A stretch of 64,000 nt of DNA from Eledone cirrhosa (GCA_964016885.1 OZ024741.1:162130001-162194000); one strand, 5' to 3'; shown: positions 1 to 10,865, counted from the stretch's first letter. Made by a program: numbers and translations. The notes: a model not told the origin generated them from the letters alone.

Positions 1-708
1 GGGTGGCAGTAGTTCCAGCTGCACACTTCGAAAGACTGGTGTAGTGGTTCTGAGAACAAAGCGGCTTTGCAGATGATCAATGCAAATTGATAATGGAAAG
101 GCGCTCCCGCTCGAGTTAGAAGAGAACTATTGATCTTCAGGAGAAGCAGCGACCCCTGATTGTATTCAGCAATCGAAACAAATACGAAGTACGCCAAATC
201 CAATACTCCTAGGGGCGACCCTGGTTCTTCTTATTTGCAAGTGTAAACTCGACCAGATTAGATTAGATTAAAAGAATGTTTTCAATTTACAGGGAGGTAC
301 TTTGACATGTTTATGTGCCTATATTATCAATCTGTAAATTCGTATACACATTTATGCTGACAACAAAGGGATTTTCTCTTAGATTGATGGTAGACAATAT
401 GATGCCTGCATACAAACTGCTACATGACTGTGAAACATGGTCTTTGACTAACCTAGTGTTTTGTAGTCAAAGGGAGTGGTTCAATAATCCTGGATAGGGG
501 CCCATTTCAGATTCTGTCAGCCGGAACCAACTGAGCCAGCGACTCAAGTTCCTTCACTCTATTTTCAAATGAATGTTAGAAAATGCTACGTTAGATAATG
601 CTATTGAATTGACGTTTCTTTAAATCGTTTCAATATCAACATAATCATTAATAAAATTAAAATAACGTTCCTCAAATCTTAACAGAAATGTTTTAATGGG
701 AAATAGTA

Positions 709-927
709 ATAGTGATTTCTAGTATAGGCACAAGGCCAGTAATTTGGGGGAAGGGAAAGTCGATTAAATTAACCTCAGTACGTTATTGGTGCTTTACTTT
801 ATCGACCCCGTTAGGATGAAAGGCAAAGTTAATCTCGGCGGGATTTGAACTCAGACCGTAAAGGACCGTAACTCTATGCTGCAAAGTATGGTGTCCGACT
901 CTACCGATACTGCCAATCCACCGCCCT
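709..927 (-). mobile_element. tRNA-derived SINE with Meta-type central domain (MetaSINE-like)
   Basis: Reverse complement gives a tRNA-like head (A box TGGCAGTATCGG, B box GAGTTCAAATCC) followed by GCCTTTCATCCTAACGGGGTCGATAAAGTAAAGCACCA. The same element recurs more than 15 times in the window. Confidence 0.8.
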
Positions 928-949
928 AATGGGAAATATTTATAGTGAT

Positions 950-1130
950 TGATGGATTGGCAGTATCGGTGGAGCGTCAGACAACATGCTTTATGGCATA
1001 GAGTTACGGCCCTTTACGATCTGAGTTCAAATCCTGCCGAGGTTAGCTTTGCCTATCATCCTTATGGGGTCGATAAAATAAAGTACCAGTAATGCACTGG
1101 GGTCGATTTAGTCGACTTTCCCCCTCCCTG
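950..1130 (+). mobile_element. MetaSINE-like tRNA SINE, head-to-head with the previous copy
   Basis: tggattggcagtatcggtggagcg...gagttcaaatcc...gcctatcatccttatggggtcgataaaataaagtaccag. Confidence 0.8.
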
Positions 1131-1197
1131 ATATTAAATGTTCTCAATCATTGTTTCTGCTAATATTTTCCCTTCTTGTTTCTGTTTCTTTACGCAG

Positions 1198-1353
1198 CCC
1201 AACAAAGATGAAACTAGTTTTGAAAGTGAAAATACGATATCGATACGAAATAATCATTCCAGTAACTCAGATGGATTCGTGAATAAAGAAAATTACTACA
1301 GCAATGCTGCTTTCTCTTCAATAATTTCCATTGATGCACCAGAGAGATTTTAA
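1198..1353 (+). other. Possible terminal or decayed exon of an unidentified upstream gene
   Basis: Polypyrimidine tract plus acceptor (ttctgtttctttacgcag), then an open frame PNKDETSFESENTISIRNN...DAPERF*. No family recognised. Confidence 0.2.
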
Positions 1354-1620
1354 CTGCCATTTGACTCATATATGAAGAGTAATTCTTCTACCTTGGCTTG
1401 TAACGATTAGTTAAAGAAAGGATTATCAAACATTATGGTCACAACGTCTGGTGATGAATAATTATATAATATAAGCTTTAATAATAATATTTTTCAAAAA
1501 TCCGAAAATAATAATTTCCACTACCCCTGTTAAGTATGCATAAAGTTTCTAAGTAAAGATTTGGTGAAGTATTCTGTATATAAAAAGAACATTTCAGGAA
1601 ATATTTAGTTATAACTTTAT

Positions 1621-1931
1621 GAAACAGGTGTTGAAAGATGTCTTATGTTTCCTGGGTTTAGAGTTCTGAAGCGACTGATGGTTGATGCAGTATATCCGTT
1701 GGTCTCTAACACCTTTAAGAAATATATAATATAGATGGCCTGGTCTTCCACCAGATACGTACAGATTGATCTCACAGGTATCCGGGAAAATGCTGCAAGG
1801 TGGAAGACCGGGTCATCTATATTAAACATTTCTTAAATATGCTAGACGTCAACGGATACCCAGCATCCACTGTCAGTCGTTTTCAGGGCTCTAAGCCCAG
1901 GAAACATAAGACGTCTTCCAACACCTGTTTC
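1621..1931. mobile_element. Penelope-like element fragment in inverted (fold-back) arrangement
   Basis: 1621-1722 and 1828-1931 are diverged reverse complements. Translations (RSICTY...LKVLETNGYTASTI and FLNMLDVNGYPASTV) resemble the RIC...L..NGYP motif after the PLE reverse transcriptase. Confidence 0.5.
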
Positions 1932-2993
1932 CTGAAATCGTCACATCACCATCACATTCAGTTATAATTTCTATGCAACTTTATAGTGTCAAAAAATCCC
2001 CCACCCCCACCCCCCAAAATACTATGGAAATCAACGAATCCACACACACACAAAATAATAATAATCAAAGCGTACATTGAAAATACGCGAAATAAAATGA
2101 CTCAAAATAACAGATTATGAATATTTTATATGAAAATATTTTTAAAAGCGGCAATTTAAAAAAATACTTTCTAATGTTTTTTATTAAATTTAGTAGATAA
2201 AGAAATTTTATCTTGTTTTGTCTCTACTTAATTTTAAATGATTTCTTTACTTCATTGCACTCAATTACTTTCTGAAAATATCATATTACTTTGCAATAAA
2301 GCTATTGATTTATGCTTATATTCAGCACCGTGTTAGAGGACCTGGGAAACAGCTTTTACCAGCGACAGTGTGTCCGTGCTGGGTGGAGATCTCCCATTTC
2401 CCAAGGAATCAGAGAAACTTACTAACCTTTTGAAAATTCGCTGTCGTATTTCAGAATAACCCACATCGACAATCAGGGGGCCTAAAGGCTAATCAGGGAT
2501 AATCTACGTAGTTATTCAAACTGTTAGAAATAGCAGCAAAATCTCTCTCAAGCCACATTTCACCGTCTTAAAAAATACACCATGGTGACGGCGGGAACTG
2601 CTTTGATCATATAAACGTACACCTGTACACTCACACACACAGACATATATACATATGTGTGTATATATATATATAATAATAATAATAAATGTGAAGACTA
2701 AAATCCGAAGAGGGCTCGATAAGGATTATATATATATAAACCCGTAGAGCAAATATTTATTAAAAGAACAGATTAAAGTTTAAGCAAAGAATCGCTGTTT
2801 TCACCCTTAACCTTATATATATATATATATATATATTGGAATAAATGCTCTGAAATAGCGATATATATGTGAGTATAGACATAGAATATTCGAAAATATT
2901 CTGTATGTTTATAATAAACATTTTGAAGACCTAATCGCTATAGAATAGAATACGTCACGTATTACAATTAGATTCTCGACAAAAGCAAGGGAA

Positions 2994-3036
2994 GTAATCT
3001 ACGCGTTTCATTCTTGTTAGAATTCATCAGGACTAC
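2994..3036 (-). ncRNA. Type I hammerhead ribozyme, copy 1
   Basis: Minus strand: GUAGUC-CUGAUGA-AUUCU(AACA)AGAAU-GAAAC-GC-GUA^GAUUAC. Stem I GUAGUC/GAUUAC, 5-bp stem II, palindromic stem III ACGCGU. Predicted cut between 3000 and 2999. Stem I extends through 2972-3060. Confidence 0.9.
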
Positions 3037-3303
3037 ATATCCAGTGCTTTTATCGAGAATGACACAGCTAGAGACTTATAGAATACTTAGCTGTGTACTG
3101 GAACTGGTTTGAAAGAGCGGTTGCCGGTCCGGCAGAAATTAGAAATTGGAATAAATGCTCTGAAATAGCGATATATATGTGAGTATAGACATAGAATATT
3201 CGAAAATATTCTGTATGTTTATAATAAACATTTTGAAGACCTAATCGCTATAGAATAGAATACGTCACGTATTACAATTAGATTCTCGACAAAAGCAAGG
3301 GAA

Positions 3304-3346
3304 GTAATCTACGCGTTTCATTCTTGTTAGAATTCATCAGGACTAC
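3304..3346 (-). ncRNA. Type I hammerhead ribozyme, copy 2
   Basis: Identical to copy 1, shifted by 310 bp. Confidence 0.9.
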
Positions 3347-3613
3347 ATATCCAGTGCTTTTATCGAGAATGACACAGCTAGAGACTTATAGAATACTTAG
3401 CTGTGTACTGGAACTGGTTTGAAAGAGCGGTTGCCGGTCCGGCAGAAATTAGAAATTGGAATAAATGCTCTGAAATAGCGATATATATGTGAGTATAGAC
3501 ATAGAATATTCGAAAATATTCTGTATGTTTATAATAAACATTTTGAAGACCTAATCGCTATAGAATAGAATACGTCACGTATTACAATTAGATTCTCGAC
3601 AAAAGCAAGGGAA

Positions 3614-3656
3614 GTAATCTACGCGTTTCATTCTTGTTAGAATTCATCAGGACTAC
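3614..3656 (-). ncRNA. Type I hammerhead ribozyme, copy 3
   Basis: Identical to copy 1. Confidence 0.9.
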
Positions 3657-3923
3657 ATATCCAGTGCTTTTATCGAGAATGACACAGCTAGAGACTTATA
3701 GAATACTTAGCTGTGTACTGGAACTGGTTTGAAAGAGCGGTTGCCGGTCCGGCAGAAATTAGAAATTGGAATAAATGCTCTGAAATAGCGATATATATGT
3801 GAGTATAGACATAGAATATTCGAAAATATTCTGTATGTTTATAATAAACATTTTGAAGACCTAATCGCTATAGAATAGAATACGTCACGTATTACAATTA
3901 GATTCTCGACAAAAGCAAGGGAA

Positions 3924-3966
3924 ATAATCTACGCGTTTCATTCTTGTTAGAATTCATCAGGACTAC
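3924..3966 (-). ncRNA. Type I hammerhead ribozyme, copy 4 (stem I G-C changed to G-U)
   Basis: The single change at 3924 turns the terminal G-C of stem I into a G-U wobble. The core is intact. Confidence 0.88.
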
Positions 3967-4233
3967 ATATCCAGTGCTTTTATCGAGAATGACACAGCTA
4001 GAGACTTATAGAATACTTAGCTGTGTACTGGAACTGGTTTGAAAGAGCGGTTGCCGGTCCGGCAGAAATTAGAAATTGGAATAAATGCTCTGAAATAGCG
4101 ATATATATGTGAGTATAGACATAGAATATTCGAAAATATTCTGTATGTTTATAATAAACATTTTGAAGACCTAATCGCTATAGAATAGAATACGTCACGT
4201 ATTACAATTAGATTCTCGACAAAAGCAAGGGAA

Positions 4234-4276
4234 GTAATCTACGCGTTTCATTCTTGTTAGAATTCATCAGGACTAC
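4234..4276 (-). ncRNA. Type I hammerhead ribozyme, copy 5
   Basis: Identical to copy 1. Confidence 0.9.
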
Positions 4277-4425
4277 ATATCCAGTGCTTTTATCGAGAAT
4301 GACACAGCTAGAGACTTATAGAATACTTAGCTGTGTACTGGAACTGGTTTGAAAGAGCGGTTGCCGGTCCGGCAGAAATTAGAAATTGGAATAAATGCTC
4401 TGAAATAGCGATATATATGTGAGTA

Positions 4426-5082
4426 CCAGCTGGACCCCACCCCCCTCTCATAGGCCCTGGTTACGATGATGGACTCTCCCGTTGATATCGACGTACGAGT
4501 GAACAGCAGTTTTAGCTTAATCAGTTGGCGGGGTGTTTATGCCTGACGTGATACTTAAGTCACGCCAATGACATGCAAGCAATGCCACATTGGCCCTGTT
4601 ACTAGTTGATGTTGTGTGGAACTGACTGCTAAACTGACTTCTACATTGATGATTTGTTTAAAGTGATGAAGGCTTGTCTACGACCAGCCGCACTTTGTTG
4701 ATAGCAAAATATCGGTGTACATGTTTGCCTTTGAAGAACAGTCCTCACGTTTTATTCTCACACAGTTTAACCTCTCCGGTATTGCATCACCTAAGGCAGT
4801 AACGTGCTGCGAGGTGGGCTACTGAAAATGAATACAGTGTTTAGAGTTTTCTTATCGGAAATTAAATGGCCATTGACTCTTAAGAGTTCCTTCGCCTTTT
4901 GACGAGTATTCGTTTTCATCCCAGAGGATACGCAAAAATCGCTATCCCCACCATCACTACCACCTAGCAGGCTTGGTGGGGTTGTTGATACAGTTACCGA
5001 CGACTTGATCATGTAACAGGTTGAACTGAATTACATATCATGTAACCAATAGTGCCTGAGAGCGACCTGACAAAGTCATAAC
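4426..5082 (-). mobile_element. Decayed 5' part of a retroelement sharing its leader with the non-autonomous family at 5311, 5896 and 49905
   Basis: Minus strand caggtcgctctcaggcactattggttacatg...caacctgttacatgatcaagtcgtcggtaact...caaccccaccaag aligns by eye with caggtccccagttggtgctactggtaacatg...caacctgtcccatggtcgggtcgttggcgact...caaccccaccaag. Confidence 0.5.
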
Positions 5083-5141
5083 TGTATGTATGTATGTATG
5101 TATGTATGTATGTATGTATGTATGTATGTATGTATGTATGT
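5083..5141. repeat. (ATGT)n microsatellite
   Basis: Direct observation. Confidence 0.95.
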
Positions 5142-6503
5142 CAATAATTGTCACAAGTGTAGTGTTTGTACCAGAGTTTTCAAGTCGCTGGCTGGAGTAA
5201 AAAGTCACACTCGTTCAGCGTATCGGTAGGGGTTCTCCTACATGGATATAAAGTAGTGGCCGTACTCGAAAACGAGTTGGCAGCCACCATGTATGTATGT
5301 ATATGTATCTCAAGACGCTCTCGAGTGCTACTGGTAACATGTAACCCAGTAGAACCTGTCTCATGGTCGGTTCGTCGGCGACTAAACCGGCAACCCCACC
5401 AAGCTAGCTTGGTGAGGAGGGTGATTTTTGGACACCCTGCAGGATGAAATACAAGAAAAGGGTGGAGGAACTCCAAATAGTAGTTTTTTGTTTTTTTTCA
5501 CCTAGGAGGGAAAGACCCCCAGTTGTTGTCACAACACCTTTCTAGGAGACGGAAACTCTGCAAAAGAACCTGCGGCTTCAGAAGCATCAGATGATGCTGA
5601 CTAGTTCTTTTCGGGTAGTGTTTTCGATGCTCATCTAGTGGGATTGGTCGAGTGCAAGGCCTTTCCCCACATAAAAAAACCTTCAAAGCACAGGCATTGC
5701 TTGTTCAGGATATGTTACAGGTTTGTGTGGCTCTCCGTAGCCTAAAAGTGCACCAAACTCTATAATCTGACAAGCGATTGCAGTACTCATAGCAGAGTTT
5801 TCAGTCATCATGTATGTATGTATGTATGTATGTATGTATGTATGTATGTATGTATGTATGTATGTATGTATGTATGTATGTATGTATGTATGTATGTCAG
5901 GTCCCCAGTTGGTGCTACTGGTAACATGTATCCCAGTACAACCTGTCCCATGGTCGGGTCGTTGGCGACTAAACTGGCAACCCCACCAAGATTGCTTGGT
6001 GAGGAGGGTGACTTTGGACATCCTGCAGGACTAAAAACAAAACCTGTCAAAGGGCAAAGGAGCTCTTAAGAGTCAATGGCCATCCAAAATCACCGGGAGA
6101 GATGACCCCTTAGCCTTTGTCAAGGCAGAATTCTAGGAGAAGGAAAACTCTGATATAACACCTGCAACTCTGATAGTATCCAATGATGTTGACTTGTTCT
6201 TCTTTTTGGTAAATATCATCTTGGTTAAGAGAGTGGGACTGGCTTTGTGCAGTGCCTTTGCTCACTATAAAAGCTTCACGGCACAGGCATTGCTTTATAT
6301 CTGGAGATCTCTCTGCACTTGTCGTGACATGGTACCATGGGCCCAGCACTATGTGTCAATAATTGTCACAAGTGTAGTGTTTGTACCCGAGTTTTCATGT
6401 CGCTGGCTGGACTGAAAAGTCACACTCGTTTAGCGCATCAGTAGGGGTTCTCCTACATGGATATAAAGTAGTGGCCGTACTCGAAAACGAGTTGGCAGCC
6501 ACC
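5142..6503 (+). mobile_element. Cluster of non-autonomous, RTE-5'UTR-like elements with (ATGT)n tails (5142-5288 3' fragment; 5311-5810; 5896-6503)
   Basis: Shared ~150-nt leader, a CTAGGAGAAGGAAAACTCTG-type motif typical of RTE 5' regions, and a shared 3' end (gtactc...gagtt..cagccacc) followed by (ATGT)n. 5142-5288 is nearly the same as 6355-6503. Confidence 0.6.
5810..5896. repeat. (ATGT)n microsatellite
   Basis: Direct observation. Confidence 0.95.
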
Positions 6504-6518
6504 ATGTATGTATGTATG

Positions 6519-7406
6519 TTCTTCTGGTTTTATAATTTCACAAATTTTTGCCAATAGAGAGAGAGTCGGTTTCTAACATAGACACAAGACTCTCTCATTG
6601 GAATTTACACATCAACTAGGTAGGTATGTATGCATATCTGCATGCATGTGTAGATATGGATGTTATTTTATGTGTGGATGTGTATGTTTTGAGTTGTATG
6701 TGTGCATGTGTATATGATTAGTATCTGTAGTTATTGGATGCAACATTTTGGAATATTTTACATATTTTTACTGTTCCATTAATGGATCGTACAAGTAATT
6801 TCCTAACTAGTTGTGTTCTTTCTGTTCCTGTGAAGCCTAGATTCTCAAGATTTGTATTGAGGCAGTTACTAAAATACTCCAGTGCCTCAATAATCACAGG
6901 CATAAATCTGAAGGTGTAATCAGGGTGGAGTATCTGCAGATTTCTCATCAGTTCTGCATAAATATTCTCCTTTTCGCTAATCTTTGATATTATATTGGCA
7001 TCTGCTGGACAGCTAATTTCCACTACTGTGCATCTTTTCTTCTCCCTGTCCCATATCATAATATCTGGTCTGTTATGCCTGCATTTTATTGGGGTTTTTA
7101 CTGGAACATTCCACCAGTACTCTTTCATAGTATGTCTTCCACATTGTTGTAGCTTTTAACGTGTTTATTATCAGGGCTATCTTTTCTACGGATTGCATTG
7201 TACAGTGTTTTGGCCACTACATCATGCCTAATAGGTAGATAGTACCGCGATGACATCTTTGGACAACTGCTTATGACATGGGTGATATCTTCGATGTTAA
7301 TTCTGCAGAGTCTGCACTTGTCACATCTAGGTGTTTTGCCTGCATCCCTATCTCTTTTGTGAATCAGGTACTTCGTGTTGATTTCCTGTTCTTGGATTGC
7401 AAAAGC
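6519..7406 (-). mobile_element. 5'-truncated R4/Dong-clade non-LTR retrotransposon (CCHC zinc knuckle + REL endonuclease + 3' UTR)
   Basis: AIQEQEINTKY...CRLC...EDITHVISSC...RHDVVAK, a frameshift, then HNRPDIMIWD...VVEISCP...KISEKENIY. Stop at 6718. 3' UTR hairpin ccaatgagagagtc/gactctctctctattgg. Both ends join (CATA)n. Confidence 0.8.
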
Positions 7407-7493
7407 GTATGTATGTATGTATGTATGTATGTATGTATGTTTGTATGTATGTATGTATGTATGTATGTATGTATGTATGTATGTATGTATGTA
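7407..7493. repeat. (ATGT)n microsatellite
   Basis: Direct observation. Confidence 0.95.
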
Positions 7494-7576
7494 CGTATTG
7501 ATGGTCTGCGGAACGGAGACCAGCAAGGTCACAGATCAGAGAAGTACTCGATACATGGTATGATGTTGAATGGGTA

Positions 7577-8056
7577 TCTAAACTATAATAAAGTAAGAAG
7601 CGCGGGACTGCGTACGGTTTATAATTTGTTTATCCCATTAGTAAAATAAGTTGGATTACTTTGAATAAATAAGGAATGAATATTACATAATTTATCTACT
7701 AAATTTCGTGGCTGTTCATTAAATATATTTTATTATTTATTTAAAGATTCACTTCTTTAAAATTTTCAAATGTCAACACTTCCGGTGGCGATCGCTTAAA
7801 TAAACATATTAATTTTCCGTCACTAACTTTTTCCTAATGCAGTTTATATATAATATCGTCTTTTTTATGTATCATAGATTACGTTACTGATTACATAAGA
7901 CACTGTAACACAGACTCTCTTCAATTTCTCTGTATATTCTCAATTACGATTTTATTTGACGTATTATATCTACATGTATATATACTTGCGTATAATATCA
8001 ATATACACACTACACATGCTAGCAGAAAACCACCCGAAGGGTGGTTTTTCTGCTAG
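7577..8056 (+). mobile_element. Non-autonomous Helitron (480 bp)
   Basis: A|TCTAAACTATAATAAAG start, a terminal hairpin ending CTAG|T, no TSD. Homologous copies at 51170-51874. Confidence 0.8.
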
Positions 8057-9149
8057 TATTAGTAAAAGTAGAAGATCGACCGCGCGCTCAGGCGATTTAT
8101 ATACACAGCAGCATTAGCAATAGAAGCAATTAAAATCTGACACAAGCACAAGGACAGATGAGTTGGGGGTCGAGATGGTATATAGACGATACAAAATGGT
8201 AACATGAACAAGATAACTCTGTGGTCATCGACTGTCGAAATAGAATTACACAGTTTCAACCACTACTGATCACCTGTCTATTCACAATGTCTAACAAGAT
8301 ATTTAAGCACTGTCCTGGAGTATTTCAAAAGACGAAGAACGAGACTAAAATACATTAGATGGAACGCCAACTTATACGTATATTAAAGAGAGTAGTTAGA
8401 GAGTCGATTTAACCTTGGTGTGAAAATGTGATTTATCGTTCGTTTGAAGTCAGTTAATACGTTGTTCAAGAATGTATTAATTATTTTGTATCTTAATCAG
8501 AGAAGAGAAGGTAGCACTCAGACGCTTTTTACAACGCCTCTCCTCTCCTCCTCTCCTTATACTATCAACGGAGTGAATGGCAGGTAAAAACCATTATTCA
8601 TGGCTTTATGGCACCCTACTGTAGGATATACCCTCGGACTAGGGACCTAATTTGAATGTGCACAACATTCCGGCTCCGTAAATTCTGAGATAAGCTCTCG
8701 TCAAGATCAATTTTGCCTTTCATCGTTCTGTGGTCGATAAATAAAATACTAATCTAGTGCGTTAGACTGGTGAATATGTTAGATGCCCTACACTATATGT
8801 TCCGGCATGTGTTCTGAGATTAAATCCTGGTGTTGACTACTTAAGTGGTAGACTTAATCGGTGGTACACTTTAATACCAACATCTCGCATCTGGATAGAT
8901 TTAGCGAAATTCATTCTATTACAAGCATTCAAGTCAGATCTCCAGTTCGAGGGTACTTCCCCTCTTCACTTCCACGAGTCTTAGAGCTATGGGCATCACC
9001 CTTCCTCTTGTCAAAACAATAAAAGGAAAACGTCGTAGACTTTACTTAAGCTAACCAAGCCAGGCGGTGGTGTTACCTACTTCATATATAGACCTATGAG
9101 AAAATAGCCTATGAAAAATTCCGTAAACTCCTTTGGCAGTATGCATACA

Positions 9150-9320
<171 letters not shown>

Positions 9321-10109
9321 GTATATAATACTTATTGATATGTTAATTGTCGCTTATTGACCAATCAATTAAATAATATTGATATTTTATAGAAAATGAT
9401 TATAGGATTTTGGATGGGTGAGAAGAATATCTTAGTATGTTATTTGCTATTGGTCTTGAGTACTATACTATGGGCTCTTAACTCCTAATTGAGTTGTAGT
9501 GGCATCGTCGTGATATGAGGACATAAGGCGTATCTTGGCATTTAAACCTCGAGGTCTGGACACAGCGAGTTACTACCAAAGAATGAGAGAGAGAGAGAGT
9601 AAGAATCACCCACATACTAGACTGGTACTTCATTTATCGACCGCGAAAGCATGAAGGGCAAAGTTGACATCGTCGATGAGATTTGATTTTAGAGCAATTA
9701 TATCCGACTTTCTGATAATTCTGCAATTTGCTTGTTATGTTGGTCGTGAGTGCGAAATCTGAAAGAAAAAAAAGCCTGTTTCTATCCACCTATCGACACT
9801 AAAAATAACTATGGGTAAGTTTGACAAGCAGCATAACAATTGTTGCTTCTCTACGTTGATTAGTAATGGTGTACATCCCAGAACAGTATTTGGGGTTAAT
9901 AAATCTGTTTCTGTATATAGTAGGGAGTCCCAACGTTTCTGACGTTAGTCTTTCATAGGAAGATAGGCGAGAGCAAGAAAAGGAAACAAATGTGTGGAAG
10001 AGGTAATGTTTATAGGATGTTGTTGTAGTAATGCGCCAAGGTATTGTATACATACCTGTGTGTTTGGGGGAGATTTTCATGTACTCACTGGCAATATAAG
10101 AAATGAAGG

Positions 10110-10325
10110 ACGTTGGATTGGCTGTATCGGTAAAGCGTCGGACACCATGCTTTGCGGCATAGAGTTACGGCCCTTTATGTTCTGAGTTCAAATCCCGCCG
10201 ACGTTAGCTTTACCTTTCATCCTTATGAGGTCGATAAAATAAAGTACCAGTAACGCACTGGGGTCGATTTAATTGACTTTACCCCCACCCCCAAAAATGT
10301 GTTGGTCTTGTGTTAAATCAGAAAT
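10110..10325 (+). mobile_element. MetaSINE-like tRNA SINE
   Basis: ggattggctgtatcggtaaagcgtcggac...gagttcaaatcccg...cctttcatccttatgaggtcgataaaataaagtaccag. Confidence 0.8.
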
Positions 10326-10718
10326 TAAGTTCATTGTGGAAATGAACAGTGTCTCTCGTGTGTTCATATTATTTTTTTATTTTTTATTTTGTATATTCTT
10401 ATATACTGGTCTTTGGCTTCTATGGTTTTATATTTAGTTCTATAGGTGCCTATGTATGTTGGCTTTGTACAACGTATAATGATTCAGAGAGCGTTGTTTT
10501 GTTCTTGGTAATTTATTGTAGTATGTGTAGAGAGTGCCTAGGTAGGACTGGCTTTTCTATGATGGATATAATGTACTGTCTGTATGTCACTTTTGTTGTT
10601 TCTTTCTGTTGGTCATATGTGGTACTCGTGATAGCTCATTCGTTTTATTTTCTTTACTGTGTCTTCTATGTATCGTGTTTGTTGTGGATATGTTGTAAGT
10701 TCTACTACTTTTGTCTTC

Positions 10719-10757
10719 TGTGTGTGTGTGTGTGTGTGGGTGTGTGTGTGTGTGTGT

Positions 10758-10856
<99 letters not shown>

Positions 10857-10865
10857 CGTGCGTGT
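10719..10865. repeat. (GT)n microsatellite
   Basis: Direct observation. Confidence 0.95.

Larger units (their letters stand above)
2835..4425 (-). mobile_element. 310-bp tandem array (5 units + 41 bp) carrying hammerhead ribozymes; putative non-LTR retrozyme
   Basis: Unit starts (attggaataaatgctc) at 2835, 3145, 3455, 3765, 4075 and 4385. Units look identical except G>A at 3924. The left end abuts (TA)n and there is no ORF of 60 aa or more. Confidence 0.85.

Noticed and set aside
1-225. Stop-free minus-strand frame of about 75 codons running off the window start
   Set aside because: No start or acceptor, no recognisable family, and a length compatible with chance
150-235. Hammerhead-like ctgattg...caatcgaaac
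   Set aside because: Lacks the G8-A9 of CUGANGA, and no convincing stems I and III were found
709-1130. tRNA genes suggested by A/B boxes
   Set aside because: No cloverleaf; the boxes are SINE heads followed by Meta or CORE domains
2326-2432. GC-richer exon-like segment after ttatattcag
   Set aside because: Weak acceptor, short frames and no recognisable protein motif
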